Assembly: GCA_017409065.1 (NCBI GenBank)
Contig: JAFQTK010000107.1
Coordinates: 1 to 52,941 of the forward strand
DNA: 52,941 nucleotides
Reading direction: 5' to 3'
From: a bacterium
GTDB taxonomy: Bacteria > Cyanobacteriota > Vampirovibrionia > Gastranaerophilales > Gastranaerophilaceae
Below are positions 43,725-52,739 of this stretch, one piece after another (the stretch's first letter is position 1; each line of letters starts with the position of its first letter). Position numbers and translations under genes: made by a program. The notes under the pieces are model-generated. The model had not been told where the DNA came from and searched no databases. It was given only the letters and a program-made list of their open reading frames with translations.

Positions 43725-43756
43725 AGCTATGAACCCCTTTCATAGCTTTTTTTTTA
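43725..43756 (+). terminator. intrinsic terminator
   Basis: agctatgaa (43725-43733) pairs with ttcatagct (43739-43747) in a 9-bp stem. ttttttttt follows. Confidence 0.8.
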
Positions 43757-43934
43757 TTTCAAATTAGTTTTCACATAAGAAATAAAGAATAAATAAAGAT
43801 TGTACTTGATACACTTGCAAAAAATTATTTATGTTTTATACTATAATTGTGGTAATTGTGAAATAAATCACGAATAAGTTGGAAGAAATTACATACAGTA
43901 AAATATAGACTAGCCAACCAAAAAGGAGAAAAAA

Positions 43935-46586
43935 ATGGTGGTAAAAAGCAAAAAAGATGTAGAAAAACTAGAAAAAGCTTTAAATCAGTCTTCTGAAGTT
44001 GCTACTGTTGAACAATTGGAAAGTTTGATTTCCAGAGTAAAAAAAGCACAAAGAATTTATGCTAATTTTACTCAAGAACAAGTAGACAGAATCTTCAAAG
44101 CTGCTGCAACTGCTGCAGATAAAGCTCGTATTCCTCTTGCAAGAATGGCTGTTGAAGAAACAGGCATGGGTGTTTTAGAAGATAAAATTATCAAAAACCA
44201 CTTTGCATCAGAATATATTTACAACAAACACAAAAACGCTAAAACTTGTGGTGTAATCAGAGAAGACAAAGAAAACGGTATCAAAGTTGTTGCTGAACCT
44301 TTAGGTGTTGTAGCAGGTGTTATCCCAACTACTAACCCAACTTCAACTGCAATTTTCAAATCATTAATCGCTTTGAAAACCAGAAACGGTATCATTTTCT
44401 CACCTCACCCAAGAGCTAAAAAATGTACAATTGAAGCTGCAAAGATTGTTCTTCAAGCCGCTATTGAAGCAGGAGCCCCTGAAGATATTATCGGATGGAT
44501 TGACGTTCCTTCTATCGAATTAACAAACTTGTTGATGACACACGATTCTATCGATTGTATCTTGGCAACTGGTGGTCCTGGTATGGTTAAAGCTGCTTAC
44601 TCTTCAGGAAACCCTGCATTGGGTGTTGGTCCTGGAAACACTTCAGCAGTTATTGATGAAACAGCTGATATCAAAATGGCAGTTTCTTCAATCTTGATGT
44701 CAAAAACTTTTGACAACGGTATGATTTGTGCTTCTGAACAAGCAGTTATCGTTGTTGATAGCATTTACGAACAAGTTAAAAAAGAATTTGAATACAGAGG
44801 TGCTTACTTGGTAAGCAAAGCTGAACAAAAGAAAATGATTGACCTTCCATTTATCGATCCAAAACGTGGTACAGCTCACCCTGATATCGTTGGTCAAAGT
44901 GCACACAGAATTGCTGAATTATCAGGTTTTGAAGTTCCTGAAAATGCAAAAGTATTGTTAGCAGAAAGACCATCAGTAGATTGGGAAGACCCATTCTCAA
45001 GAGAAAAATTATCACCAATCTTGTCTATGTACAGAGCTAAAAACTACGAAGAAGCTACTGAAATGGCTTACGAAATGGTTTCAAAAGGTGGTGCAGGTCA
45101 CACTTCTGTACTATATACAGATGCAAGATCACAAGAAAGAATCAACCACTATGCAGAAAAAATGCCTACTTGCAGAGTTTTAATTAACTCTCCTTCTTCA
45201 CAAGGTGGTATTGGTGATTTGTATAACTTCAAATTAGAACCATCATTGACATTGGGTTGTGGTTCTTGGGGTAAAAACGCAGTTTCCGGTAACGTTGGCG
45301 TTGAAAACTTATTGAACTACAAAACAGTTGCTGAAAGGAGAGAAAACATGCTTTGGTTCAAGGTTCCATCAAAAGTTTACTTCAAAAGAGGTGCTATTGA
45401 CTTAGCATTGAGAGAACTTGAAGGCAAAAAACGTGCTTTCATCGTGACTGACCGTTTCTTGTTCAATTCAGGTGCTGTTTCTAAAATTACAAACGTTTTA
45501 GATGAAATCGGTATTGAATACCAAGTATTCTTCGATGTAAAACCAGACCCAACATTGTCTACAATCGACCAAGCTATGGCTGTATTAAGACCATTTGAAC
45601 CAGATGTAATCATCTCTCTTGGTGGTGGTTCTCCAATGGACGCAGCTAAAATTATGTGGTTAATGTATGAACAACCTGATACAGTATTCGAAGATATCTC
45701 TATGAGATTCATGGATATCAGAAAAAGAATTTGCAGAATCCCTGAATTAGGTAAAAAAGCGACTATGGTTGCAATTCCTACAACTTCAGGTACAGGTTCA
45801 GAAGTTACTCCATTTGCAATCATCACAGATGATGAATCCGGTGTAAAATATGCAATCGCTGATTATGCATTAACTCCAAATATGGCAATTGTTGACCCTA
45901 ACTTTGTTGACGGTATGCCAAAAGGATTGACATCAGCTTCTGGTATTGACGCTTTAGTTCACTCAATTGAAGCTTATGTTTCAGCTCTTGCAACTAACTT
46001 TACAAACTCAAATGCACTTGAAGCAACTAAGTTAATCTTCAGATACTTAGAACGTTCATACAAAGAAGGTGCAAAAGATCCTATCGCAAGAGAAAAAATG
46101 CACTACGCAGCAACTATCGCAGGTATGGCATTCGCTAACTCATTCTTGGGATTGTGCCACTCAATGGCTCACAAGTTGGGTGCAATGTTCCACATTCCTC
46201 ACGGTGTTGCAAACGCATTGTTAATCAGCCAAGTTATTAAATATAACTCAACTGATTGCCCAAGAAAACAATGTATCTTCCCACAATACAAATTCCCTAA
46301 CGCTAAGACTAAATACGGTCAAATTGCTGATGAATTAGGATTGGGCGGAAAAGATGATGACGAAAAAGTTGAATTGTTGATTAAAGCAGTTGAAGATTTG
46401 AAAACAAAACTTGAATTGCCAAAATCAATGAAAGAATGGGGCATCGACGAAAAAGAATTCTACGCAAAACTTGATGAAATGGTAGAATTAGCATTCGATG
46501 ACCAATGTACTGGTGCAAACCCTGCATATCCGCTTATGAGCGAAATCAAACAAATCTACATTGATGCTTACAACGGCAAAATCTAG
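43935..46586 (+). CDS. adhE: bifunctional acetaldehyde-CoA / alcohol dehydrogenase
   Basis: 883 aa. The N-terminal ALDH domain has 'FDNGMICASEQ' (catalytic Cys). The C-terminal Fe-ADH domain has 'GGGSPMDAAK' and 'HSMAHKLG..FHIPHG'. aaaggag RBS. Confidence 0.95.
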   Translation: MVVKSKKDVEKLEKALNQSSEVATVEQLESLISRVKKAQRIYANFTQEQVDRIFKAAATAADKARIPLARMAVEETGMGVLEDKIIKNHFASEYIYNKHKNAKTCGVIREDKENGIKVVAEPLGVVAGVIPTTNPTSTAIFKSLIALKTRNGIIFSPHPRAKKCTIEAAKIVLQAAIEAGAPEDIIGWIDVPSIELTNLLMTHDSIDCILATGGPGMVKAAYSSGNPALGVGPGNTSAVIDETADIKMAVSSILMSKTFDNGMICASEQAVIVVDSIYEQVKKEFEYRGAYLVSKAEQKKMIDLPFIDPKRGTAHPDIVGQSAHRIAELSGFEVPENAKVLLAERPSVDWEDPFSREKLSPILSMYRAKNYEEATEMAYEMVSKGGAGHTSVLYTDARSQERINHYAEKMPTCRVLINSPSSQGGIGDLYNFKLEPSLTLGCGSWGKNAVSGNVGVENLLNYKTVAERRENMLWFKVPSKVYFKRGAIDLALRELEGKKRAFIVTDRFLFNSGAVSKITNVLDEIGIEYQVFFDVKPDPTLSTIDQAMAVLRPFEPDVIISLGGGSPMDAAKIMWLMYEQPDTVFEDISMRFMDIRKRICRIPELGKKATMVAIPTTSGTGSEVTPFAIITDDESGVKYAIADYALTPNMAIVDPNFVDGMPKGLTSASGIDALVHSIEAYVSALATNFTNSNALEATKLIFRYLERSYKEGAKDPIAREKMHYAATIAGMAFANSFLGLCHSMAHKLGAMFHIPHGVANALLISQVIKYNSTDCPRKQCIFPQYKFPNAKTKYGQIADELGLGGKDDDEKVELLIKAVEDLKTKLELPKSMKEWGIDEKEFYAKLDEMVELAFDDQCTGANPAYPLMSEIKQIYIDAYNGKI

Positions 46587-46607
46587 TTTTGTAAGATTAT
46601 AAAATTG

Positions 46608-46642
46608 ACAGGAGATTTCAAATTGGAATCTCCTGTTTTTTA
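46608..46642 (+). terminator. intrinsic terminator of adhE
   Basis: acaggagatt (46608-46617) pairs with aatctcctgt (46627-46636) in a perfect 10-bp stem. tttttt follows. Confidence 0.9.
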
Positions 46643-46691
46643 TACAACATGGGTTAATTGAAAAATTGGAAATCTTCATTAAAATAAAACT

Positions 46692-47222
46692 ATGAAGCAG
46701 TTTTTGTTAGTTTTAATATTAATTTTCTTTGTACAACCGTGTTTTGCAGATTTACTTCTACAAGGAGAAGCTGAATACAATGTGCAATCAGCATTAACCG
46801 AAGTGCAAAAAAATTTTCAACCAAAAGTTAATCCCATAAAATTCAAACCTTTTTTATTAGATTATAATAGAGATGAAAATCTAAATGCTTTATACAAAGG
46901 TTTTGCAGAAATAAAAGATAGAGAATTAGCTTTGTTCTCTATTGGCACCTACGGAGTTGTTTACAAAAACGACCCTTTGCATGCTTATTATTATTCTAAC
47001 AGTGGAATTTTAGAATTTATTGATATACGAACCGGTAATGAATATCCTTATAAATCATATCAATACGATATTTCAGGAAATCTTGTAAACATGGGATTGA
47101 GAATTTCTAAAAAAGAAACCTACATTTATACCCCAAATGGAAAATTAATCGCTCATTGGGTAGGTCAAAACGGATATGATGAAAAAGGGGAACTAATTAT
47201 GACTAGAAAATTTGTTGAATAA
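46692..47222 (+). CDS. secreted hypothetical protein
   Basis: 176 aa with signal peptide 'MKQFLLVLILIFFVQPCFA'. No family recognised. Confidence 0.55.
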   Translation: MKQFLLVLILIFFVQPCFADLLLQGEAEYNVQSALTEVQKNFQPKVNPIKFKPFLLDYNRDENLNALYKGFAEIKDRELALFSIGTYGVVYKNDPLHAYYYSNSGILEFIDIRTGNEYPYKSYQYDISGNLVNMGLRISKKETYIYTPNGKLIAHWVGQNGYDEKGELIMTRKFVE

Positions 47223-47223
47223 G

Positions 47224-48150
47224 TTAAGACGTGGCTTTTTTCAATTCATTTTTTACTGTTTTCAACGGAATCGTCAAGGTGTCATAATTTTTTATAGCCT
47301 CTTTCAAATGAAGAACATAACTTTCTATATCCGCTGATTTTTCTGAAATTTTTGCCAAATAATAATGCAAGTCCCCACAGTAAGGATTTTGTTGCAGAGC
47401 TTTGAGTAATGCTGCTTCCGCCTCATCATATCTTCCATTTATACTCAAAATCCGAGCATAAATTTTATAAGCGTCAATATCTTTTGGGTTTAGTTCAATA
47501 GTTTTCTCAAGATATTCTACGGCTTTATCATAATTTTTTTCTTTAAATGCCATAGATGCAAGATTGAAATACGCCCAACTGTAATCAGGACAATTTTCTA
47601 AGACCTTTGAATATTGCTCTTGTGCAGATTCTTCATCTCCTATTTTTTGAAATTCACATGCCAGATAAAAACTGGCTAAGATATCCTTTTCGTTTAAAAG
47701 TAATGCTTTATAAAAACATTTAATAGCACTTTCTGATTCATTTTTATTACGATAACAAACACCAAGATTAAAATATGTATTACTATCTTTCTTATCGTAC
47801 TCCAAAACTTTTGTAAAATAATGAATTGCTTTATCATTATCATTCATTTCAAGATAAACATAGCCTAAATTATACAAAAAATCAGGCTCTTCCGGCTCAT
47901 ATGAAAGTGCGGCTTCGTAAGCTTTCTTAGCTTGAGAGAAATTTTGCATTTTATCCCATGCAATCCCAATATTATAATGAAGTCTTGCATCATCAGGAAA
48001 AACACTAATCAAATAGGATAACTGTTTGACAGCTTCCTCATTAAACCCCTTATCCATAAGAGCAACTGTTAATTCTCGTCTTGCCTGAAAATTTGTCGGG
48101 TCATTTTTAACTATATTTGTAAGATTTTCTATTTCTTGCAGATAACTCAT
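47224..48150 (-). CDS. TPR repeat protein
   Basis: 308 aa made of about 8 consecutive TPR units ('AKKAYEAALSYEPEEPDF', 'AIHYFTKVLEYDKKDSNT', ...). Confidence 0.8.
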   Translation of the reverse strand: MSYLQEIENLTNIVKNDPTNFQARRELTVALMDKGFNEEAVKQLSYLISVFPDDARLHYNIGIAWDKMQNFSQAKKAYEAALSYEPEEPDFLYNLGYVYLEMNDNDKAIHYFTKVLEYDKKDSNTYFNLGVCYRNKNESESAIKCFYKALLLNEKDILASFYLACEFQKIGDEESAQEQYSKVLENCPDYSWAYFNLASMAFKEKNYDKAVEYLEKTIELNPKDIDAYKIYARILSINGRYDEAEAALLKALQQNPYCGDLHYYLAKISEKSADIESYVLHLKEAIKNYDTLTIPLKTVKNELKKATS

Positions 48151-48222
48151 AATTTTATTTTAACAAATGTGTAAAAATAAAACAATTTTTGTATTATTAT
48201 TAGAAAAAAGTTGAGGTAAATT

Positions 48223-48612
48223 ATGGATAATTTAATAGTCACAAAAAGAATAGAACCCTATGATTTGATAGAAGGAATAAAAAAGAACTATATAGTAGAA
48301 GATTTTACATTTACCGGTTATAACAAATTCGATATTCTGGAATCTTTCTTAAATAAAATGCAAGAACTATCTAAAAACGTTATTGCCTTTGGCTTATATA
48401 TGAAAAATGTTAATAAATTTTATCTAATTTCTTCTACTATTGAACCAATCCATTTGGAAGAAAATATAAATACCATAGTTTTAAACAACATTTTAGGCTT
48501 ATCTCAATCCGATTTGGTTAATAAAAACGGCATTGAATACACCGATGATAGAGAAAAAGCTTTAAGTGCTATTGATATGGGCAAAGCAGAAGCTAGTTTT
48601 ATTTTTTTCTAG
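48223..48612 (+). CDS. hypothetical protein
   Basis: 129 aa with a gaggtaaatt RBS. No family recognised. Its 3' end overlaps the convergent PLD-like gene by 14 nt. Confidence 0.5.
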   Translation: MDNLIVTKRIEPYDLIEGIKKNYIVEDFTFTGYNKFDILESFLNKMQELSKNVIAFGLYMKNVNKFYLISSTIEPIHLEENINTIVLNNILGLSQSDLVNKNGIEYTDDREKALSAIDMGKAEASFIFF

Positions 48613-50449
48613 CCTGACACCCATTATCACTTGCATCAACGTCACCGTCAAAATCATTATCTATTCCATCAAAACAAGAACCAACTGAATCAGGGCTTTC
48701 TGCTCTTGGTGTCTTAATAAGCCATTTATCCGGAATAGAATCCCAAGTATAAAGGAATTGTTTTTTAAATTGTTTTGCAACTATCGGGTTTACTATATAC
48801 ATAACACTTTCATCATTTTTTGTATCCCCGCTTTTAGTTAAATTCATTGAACCAAATAACGTAATATTATCATCAATGATAATGGACTTAGAGTGCATTT
48901 TTCCTGCCTTGTCCTCAACTTTTACAGGAATATTAATCTGTCTTAATTCATTATGAATTGAATATTTGCCACCTGCACTCGTCGCATCTGTAATTATTTT
49001 TATATCTACACCTCTGACTTTAGCTTGTTTTAAAGCAAATTCCACGTCTTTGTGAGTAATAATAAATGAAGAAATATAGATATATTTTTTTGCCTGATTA
49101 ATAAGTGGAACTATTTTATTTGTAATAATTTTATCTGTTGGTGAAAAGTAGACTGATACCGTATTTTGGCTATCAATTTTTATTTCTTCCTTGTCGGGAA
49201 TAGGATTTTTCAATTCATGAAATTTTTCATTGTACATTTGCTCAAATTCTTGCTTAAAAATATTTGATAAAACAGAAGAATTTGTTAAAAGAGTTATGTT
49301 ATTGTTAAAATCAGCTAAATCCGTCTGGGAAAGATTTGCTGTACTTAACCATAGGGTTTTATTGTCAAAAATAAAAAATTTGTTATGCATAATAGCATTT
49401 GTATATTTAAAATTTTTAGAATTTGTTGTCGGATAAATGTGATTATCTGTCTTAAAATTTGGAAGTAATTTCTGAACTTTTATAACCTCATTATAAATAT
49501 TCTTTCCGTTAATATCCGAATCAGTTACCCATCTTATTTTTACTCCTCGATTTTGAGCTGAAACCAACGCATCAATGATTTTGGGCTGTTGAGCTATTCC
49601 AAATATTGCAAAATCGATACTCCTAGCCGCATTGTTAATTTCATTGAGTAATATCTTGCAACTTTTCGTTTCACAACTGCTATCAGGCTTTATTCTTTTG
49701 TTAAAATCAGTAAAATAAAAATTTAAAATCCCTGAACTAAAATCAAAATTTTGAATCACAAAAGATTTACTTACTTTTTTAATAGTTGGAACTGTACAAT
49801 TTTCACAAGCATTCGAAGTTTGTGGAATATCTTTCTTCTTTATTGCTCTTGATTCTTTCAATTTTTCTGCAAATTGACAGCCTATTTCATGATAAATATT
49901 GTTTTTCTCATTCAATATTACAATATCATCTTTTTTAACTTTTTCTAAAAGCTTATACAAATTAACAAAATTGAACTCTTTTTTATAAGTTTTTTCTTTA
50001 TGTTTTGGGGTTGCTAGCCCCTGATTAAGCAAAATTTTGGCAATATCTTTATTGTTTAAATAAACTTTTGCTGTTTTATATTTGTAATTTTTATTTAATT
50101 CTATATCATAAAATTCGACACTAACATTTTTCCCAAAAAAATTATCAAATAAGAACTCTTCTGCCAAAAGACCTAATGCTAAAATTTCAGTACGTTTTAA
50201 TTTTATCTGCTTTGACTGCTGAAAATTAATTTTAGAATTTTTTGATGAAAAAACATCAATGTCATAAAGCTTGACAAGTTCATTTTCATCAGGTTTGTTA
50301 TTCTTATTAAAATCTATGTAAAATTCACCAGTATTTTTTATACCAATGATTTTGTATTTTGGCTTGGGCTGAAGTCGAAAAATATTGAACCCCAAAAGAA
50401 TTAATGCACATATTATTACTATAAAAAAATTAGCTGAAACCTTTTTCAT
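48599..50449 (-). CDS. membrane-anchored phospholipase-D-superfamily protein (two HKD motifs) with N-terminal nuclease-like and zinc-finger-like segments
   Basis: 616 aa with an N-terminal TM segment. HKD1 is 'HNKFFIFDNKTLWLSTANLSQTD' and HKD2 is 'HSKSIIIDDNITLFGSMNLTKSG'. 'YHEIGC...CENC' is a metal-site-like motif. 'AKVYLNNKDIAKILLNQGLA' resembles SNase. The C-terminus is 'CFDGIDNDFDGDVDASDNGC'. Confidence 0.8.
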   Translation of the reverse strand: MKKVSANFFIVIICALILLGFNIFRLQPKPKYKIIGIKNTGEFYIDFNKNNKPDENELVKLYDIDVFSSKNSKINFQQSKQIKLKRTEILALGLLAEEFLFDNFFGKNVSVEFYDIELNKNYKYKTAKVYLNNKDIAKILLNQGLATPKHKEKTYKKEFNFVNLYKLLEKVKKDDIVILNEKNNIYHEIGCQFAEKLKESRAIKKKDIPQTSNACENCTVPTIKKVSKSFVIQNFDFSSGILNFYFTDFNKRIKPDSSCETKSCKILLNEINNAARSIDFAIFGIAQQPKIIDALVSAQNRGVKIRWVTDSDINGKNIYNEVIKVQKLLPNFKTDNHIYPTTNSKNFKYTNAIMHNKFFIFDNKTLWLSTANLSQTDLADFNNNITLLTNSSVLSNIFKQEFEQMYNEKFHELKNPIPDKEEIKIDSQNTVSVYFSPTDKIITNKIVPLINQAKKYIYISSFIITHKDVEFALKQAKVRGVDIKIITDATSAGGKYSIHNELRQINIPVKVEDKAGKMHSKSIIIDDNITLFGSMNLTKSGDTKNDESVMYIVNPIVAKQFKKQFLYTWDSIPDKWLIKTPRAESPDSVGSCFDGIDNDFDGDVDASDNGCQARKK

Positions 50450-50574
50450 TCTTGAATTATACTTGATGTAAGTTTAGTTGTCTAATAATAATTGTCTTTA
50501 TATAAATTTAATTTGATTTGATTTAATTATCGTGTAAAAATTATTAATGACCAATAGCAAAAGAGGATAAGTGT

Positions 50575-52419
50575 ATGTGCGGAATCGTAGGATATATAGG
50601 CAATCGTGACGTAGTTGACGTTTTGCTCAAAGGTCTTACTAATCTCGAATATAGAGGATATGATTCATCAGGAATAGCTTTGAATGATGAAGGTGATATT
50701 AAAATTTTTAAAGCCCTAGGAAAACTTGGAAATTTAAAAGATTTACTAAAAAACCAACAACATAACATAGTTGAACCTGTTGCCGGTATCGGTCATATTC
50801 GTTGGGCAACGCATGGCTCTCCTACTGAAAACAACGCACACCCACATACATGTAATTGCGGAAAATTAGTTCTTGTTCATAATGGAATCATTGAAAATTT
50901 TAAAGAACTAAGAGAAGAATTAATTAAAAAAGGATGCATTTTTAAATCTCAAACAGATACAGAAACAATTGCTCATTTGGTTGCACAAGAATACGACAAA
51001 ATTAAGGATTTAGCAAAAGCAGTAACAAATGCTATAAAAAAATTAAATGGTGCATACGCTATTTGTGTCATGTACAAAGATGAACCTGATAAAATTGTTG
51101 TAGCTCGTAAAAATGCTCCGTTATTAGTCGGAATTGGAGAAAAAGAACACTTTATTGCTTCTGATATTCCTGCTGTCATTGAATATACTTCCAAAGTTAT
51201 TTATTTGGATGATTCAGAAGTTGGTGTAGTAACAAAAGACAGCCTAAAAGTATACAACTTAGAGGGCAAAGAAGTTTCAAAAAAAATAGAAGTTCTACCA
51301 TTTGAACCCGTTGCTTTGTCAAAACGTGGTTATAAACACTTTATGCTTAAAGAAATACATGAGCAACCTGATGTGATAAGAAACGTTTTAAACGGAAAAT
51401 TATATGATATTGATGAAAAAATTATCTTAAATGAAGTAAAGATAGATAAAGAAACGCTAAAAAATTTACAAAGGATTGAAATAATAGCTTGTGGAACTTC
51501 ATTACACGCTGCTATGGTCGGTAAATATTTGATTGAAGATTTTTGTGGAATTGCCGTTGATGTTGAAGCTTCAAGTGAATATATTTATCGCAAAACTGTT
51601 ACAAATGAAAAAACACTGGTTATCGGAGTGTCCCAATCAGGAGAAACAGCTGATACCATTACAGCAATTAAACAAGCTAAAGCAAAAGGTGCACATGTAT
51701 TGATTGTCACAAACAGACCTGATTCGGCTATGGCTAGAGAAGCAGATAGCTTAATCCCAATTAATGCAGGGATTGAAGTTTCTGTTGCGGCTACAAAATC
51801 ATTTACCGCACAATTAATGTCTTTTTACATGTTGGCTATGTTTTTGGCAGAGATAAAAGGTTCTGTTTCAAATGACGAGCTAAGAAAGTTAAAACACGAT
51901 ATTATACAACTCCCAACATTAATTGATGAAATATTAACTAACAAAGAACCAATTCAAAAATGTGCAAGACTTTTTGCAAATACAAAAGACTTCATTTATA
52001 TTGCAAGAGGAATAAATCTTGCAACGGCTTATGAAGGAGCCTTAAAATTAAAAGAAATAAGTTATATTAACGCAACCGGTTATGCCGCAGGAGAATTAAA
52101 ACACGGTCCAATTGCAATGTTAGACGAAAGCATGCCTGTTCTTTCAATTTTGATGGATGGCAAAGTTTATGAAAAAATTCTTTCTAATTCGGAAGAAGCT
52201 AAAGCAAGAAATGCTCGACTAATTGCATTAACTTCATCACAAGATAAAACTCTTGATGATTTATTCGAAGTCGTTTTAAGAATCCCAAAAGTTAATGAAT
52301 TGTTATCACCTGTTTTAGCAAGCGTTCCATTACAACTTTTGGCATATTATATTGCTGAATTTTTAGGAAAAGATGTTGACCAACCTAGAAATTTAGCAAA
52401 ATCTGTAACGGTTGAATAA
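50575..52419 (+). CDS. glmS: glutamine--fructose-6-phosphate aminotransferase
   Basis: 614 aa. It has the 'MCGIVGY' Ntn-Cys start, two SIS domains ('GVSQSGETADT') and the C-terminal '..NLAKSVTVE'. Confidence 0.95.
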   Translation: MCGIVGYIGNRDVVDVLLKGLTNLEYRGYDSSGIALNDEGDIKIFKALGKLGNLKDLLKNQQHNIVEPVAGIGHIRWATHGSPTENNAHPHTCNCGKLVLVHNGIIENFKELREELIKKGCIFKSQTDTETIAHLVAQEYDKIKDLAKAVTNAIKKLNGAYAICVMYKDEPDKIVVARKNAPLLVGIGEKEHFIASDIPAVIEYTSKVIYLDDSEVGVVTKDSLKVYNLEGKEVSKKIEVLPFEPVALSKRGYKHFMLKEIHEQPDVIRNVLNGKLYDIDEKIILNEVKIDKETLKNLQRIEIIACGTSLHAAMVGKYLIEDFCGIAVDVEASSEYIYRKTVTNEKTLVIGVSQSGETADTITAIKQAKAKGAHVLIVTNRPDSAMAREADSLIPINAGIEVSVAATKSFTAQLMSFYMLAMFLAEIKGSVSNDELRKLKHDIIQLPTLIDEILTNKEPIQKCARLFANTKDFIYIARGINLATAYEGALKLKEISYINATGYAAGELKHGPIAMLDESMPVLSILMDGKVYEKILSNSEEAKARNARLIALTSSQDKTLDDLFEVVLRIPKVNELLSPVLASVPLQLLAYYIAEFLGKDVDQPRNLAKSVTVE

Positions 52420-52583
52420 TGAAAATAATAAGCTCAGAAATAAAATTACCTAAAACGGACAATCCATCATCAGAATACTTTGAAAAAGGATTGTCTGAGT
52501 TGGGATACAAATTTATCCGCTGGGCAATTGTCAAAATTGAAGAAGATAACTTTGTCCTAAATGTTTCACATATAGAACAATAA
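52419..52583 (+). CDS. 54-aa hypothetical protein translationally coupled to glmS
   Basis: The ATG overlaps the glmS TAA (TAATG at 52417-52421). Product: MKIISSEIKLPKTDNPSSEYFEKGLSELGYKFIRWAIVKIEEDNFVLNVSHIEQ. It is below the ORF-track cutoff. Confidence 0.4.
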   Translation: MKIISSEIKLPKTDNPSSEYFEKGLSELGYKFIRWAIVKIEEDNFVLNVSHIEQ

Positions 52584-52674
52584 TAATATAAATAAGAATC
52601 ACCTCTGCGAAACAAAAAAGACTCCCGAAGGAGTCTTAAATGGTGAGCAGAGGTAAGGACTCCGTTGCGAATTA

Positions 52675-52712
52675 GGAAAAGGTGACTAAATGTCACGTTT
52701 TCCGTGTTTTTT
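52675..52712 (+). terminator. intrinsic terminator inside repeat unit 1 (identical copy at 52851-52888)
   Basis: ggaaaaggtgac-taaat-gtcacgttttcc forms a 12-bp stem with one mismatch. gtgtttttt follows. Confidence 0.7.
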
Positions 52713-52739
52713 ACAAAATATTCTAAAACTCTATATATA
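52711..52739 (+). promoter_or_regulatory. sigma70-like promoter inside the repeat unit (TTACAA-17 nt-TATATA)
   Basis: ttacaa lies at 52711-52716 and tatata at 52734-52739 with a 17-nt spacer. It begins immediately after the terminator T-run. An identical copy occurs in unit 2. Confidence 0.4.

Noticed and set aside
50450-50574. glmS ribozyme in the glmS 5' leader
   Set aside because: The 125-nt leader is almost pure A/T. It lacks the GC-containing conserved core helices of the glmS ribozyme, so no convincing structure can be drawn.
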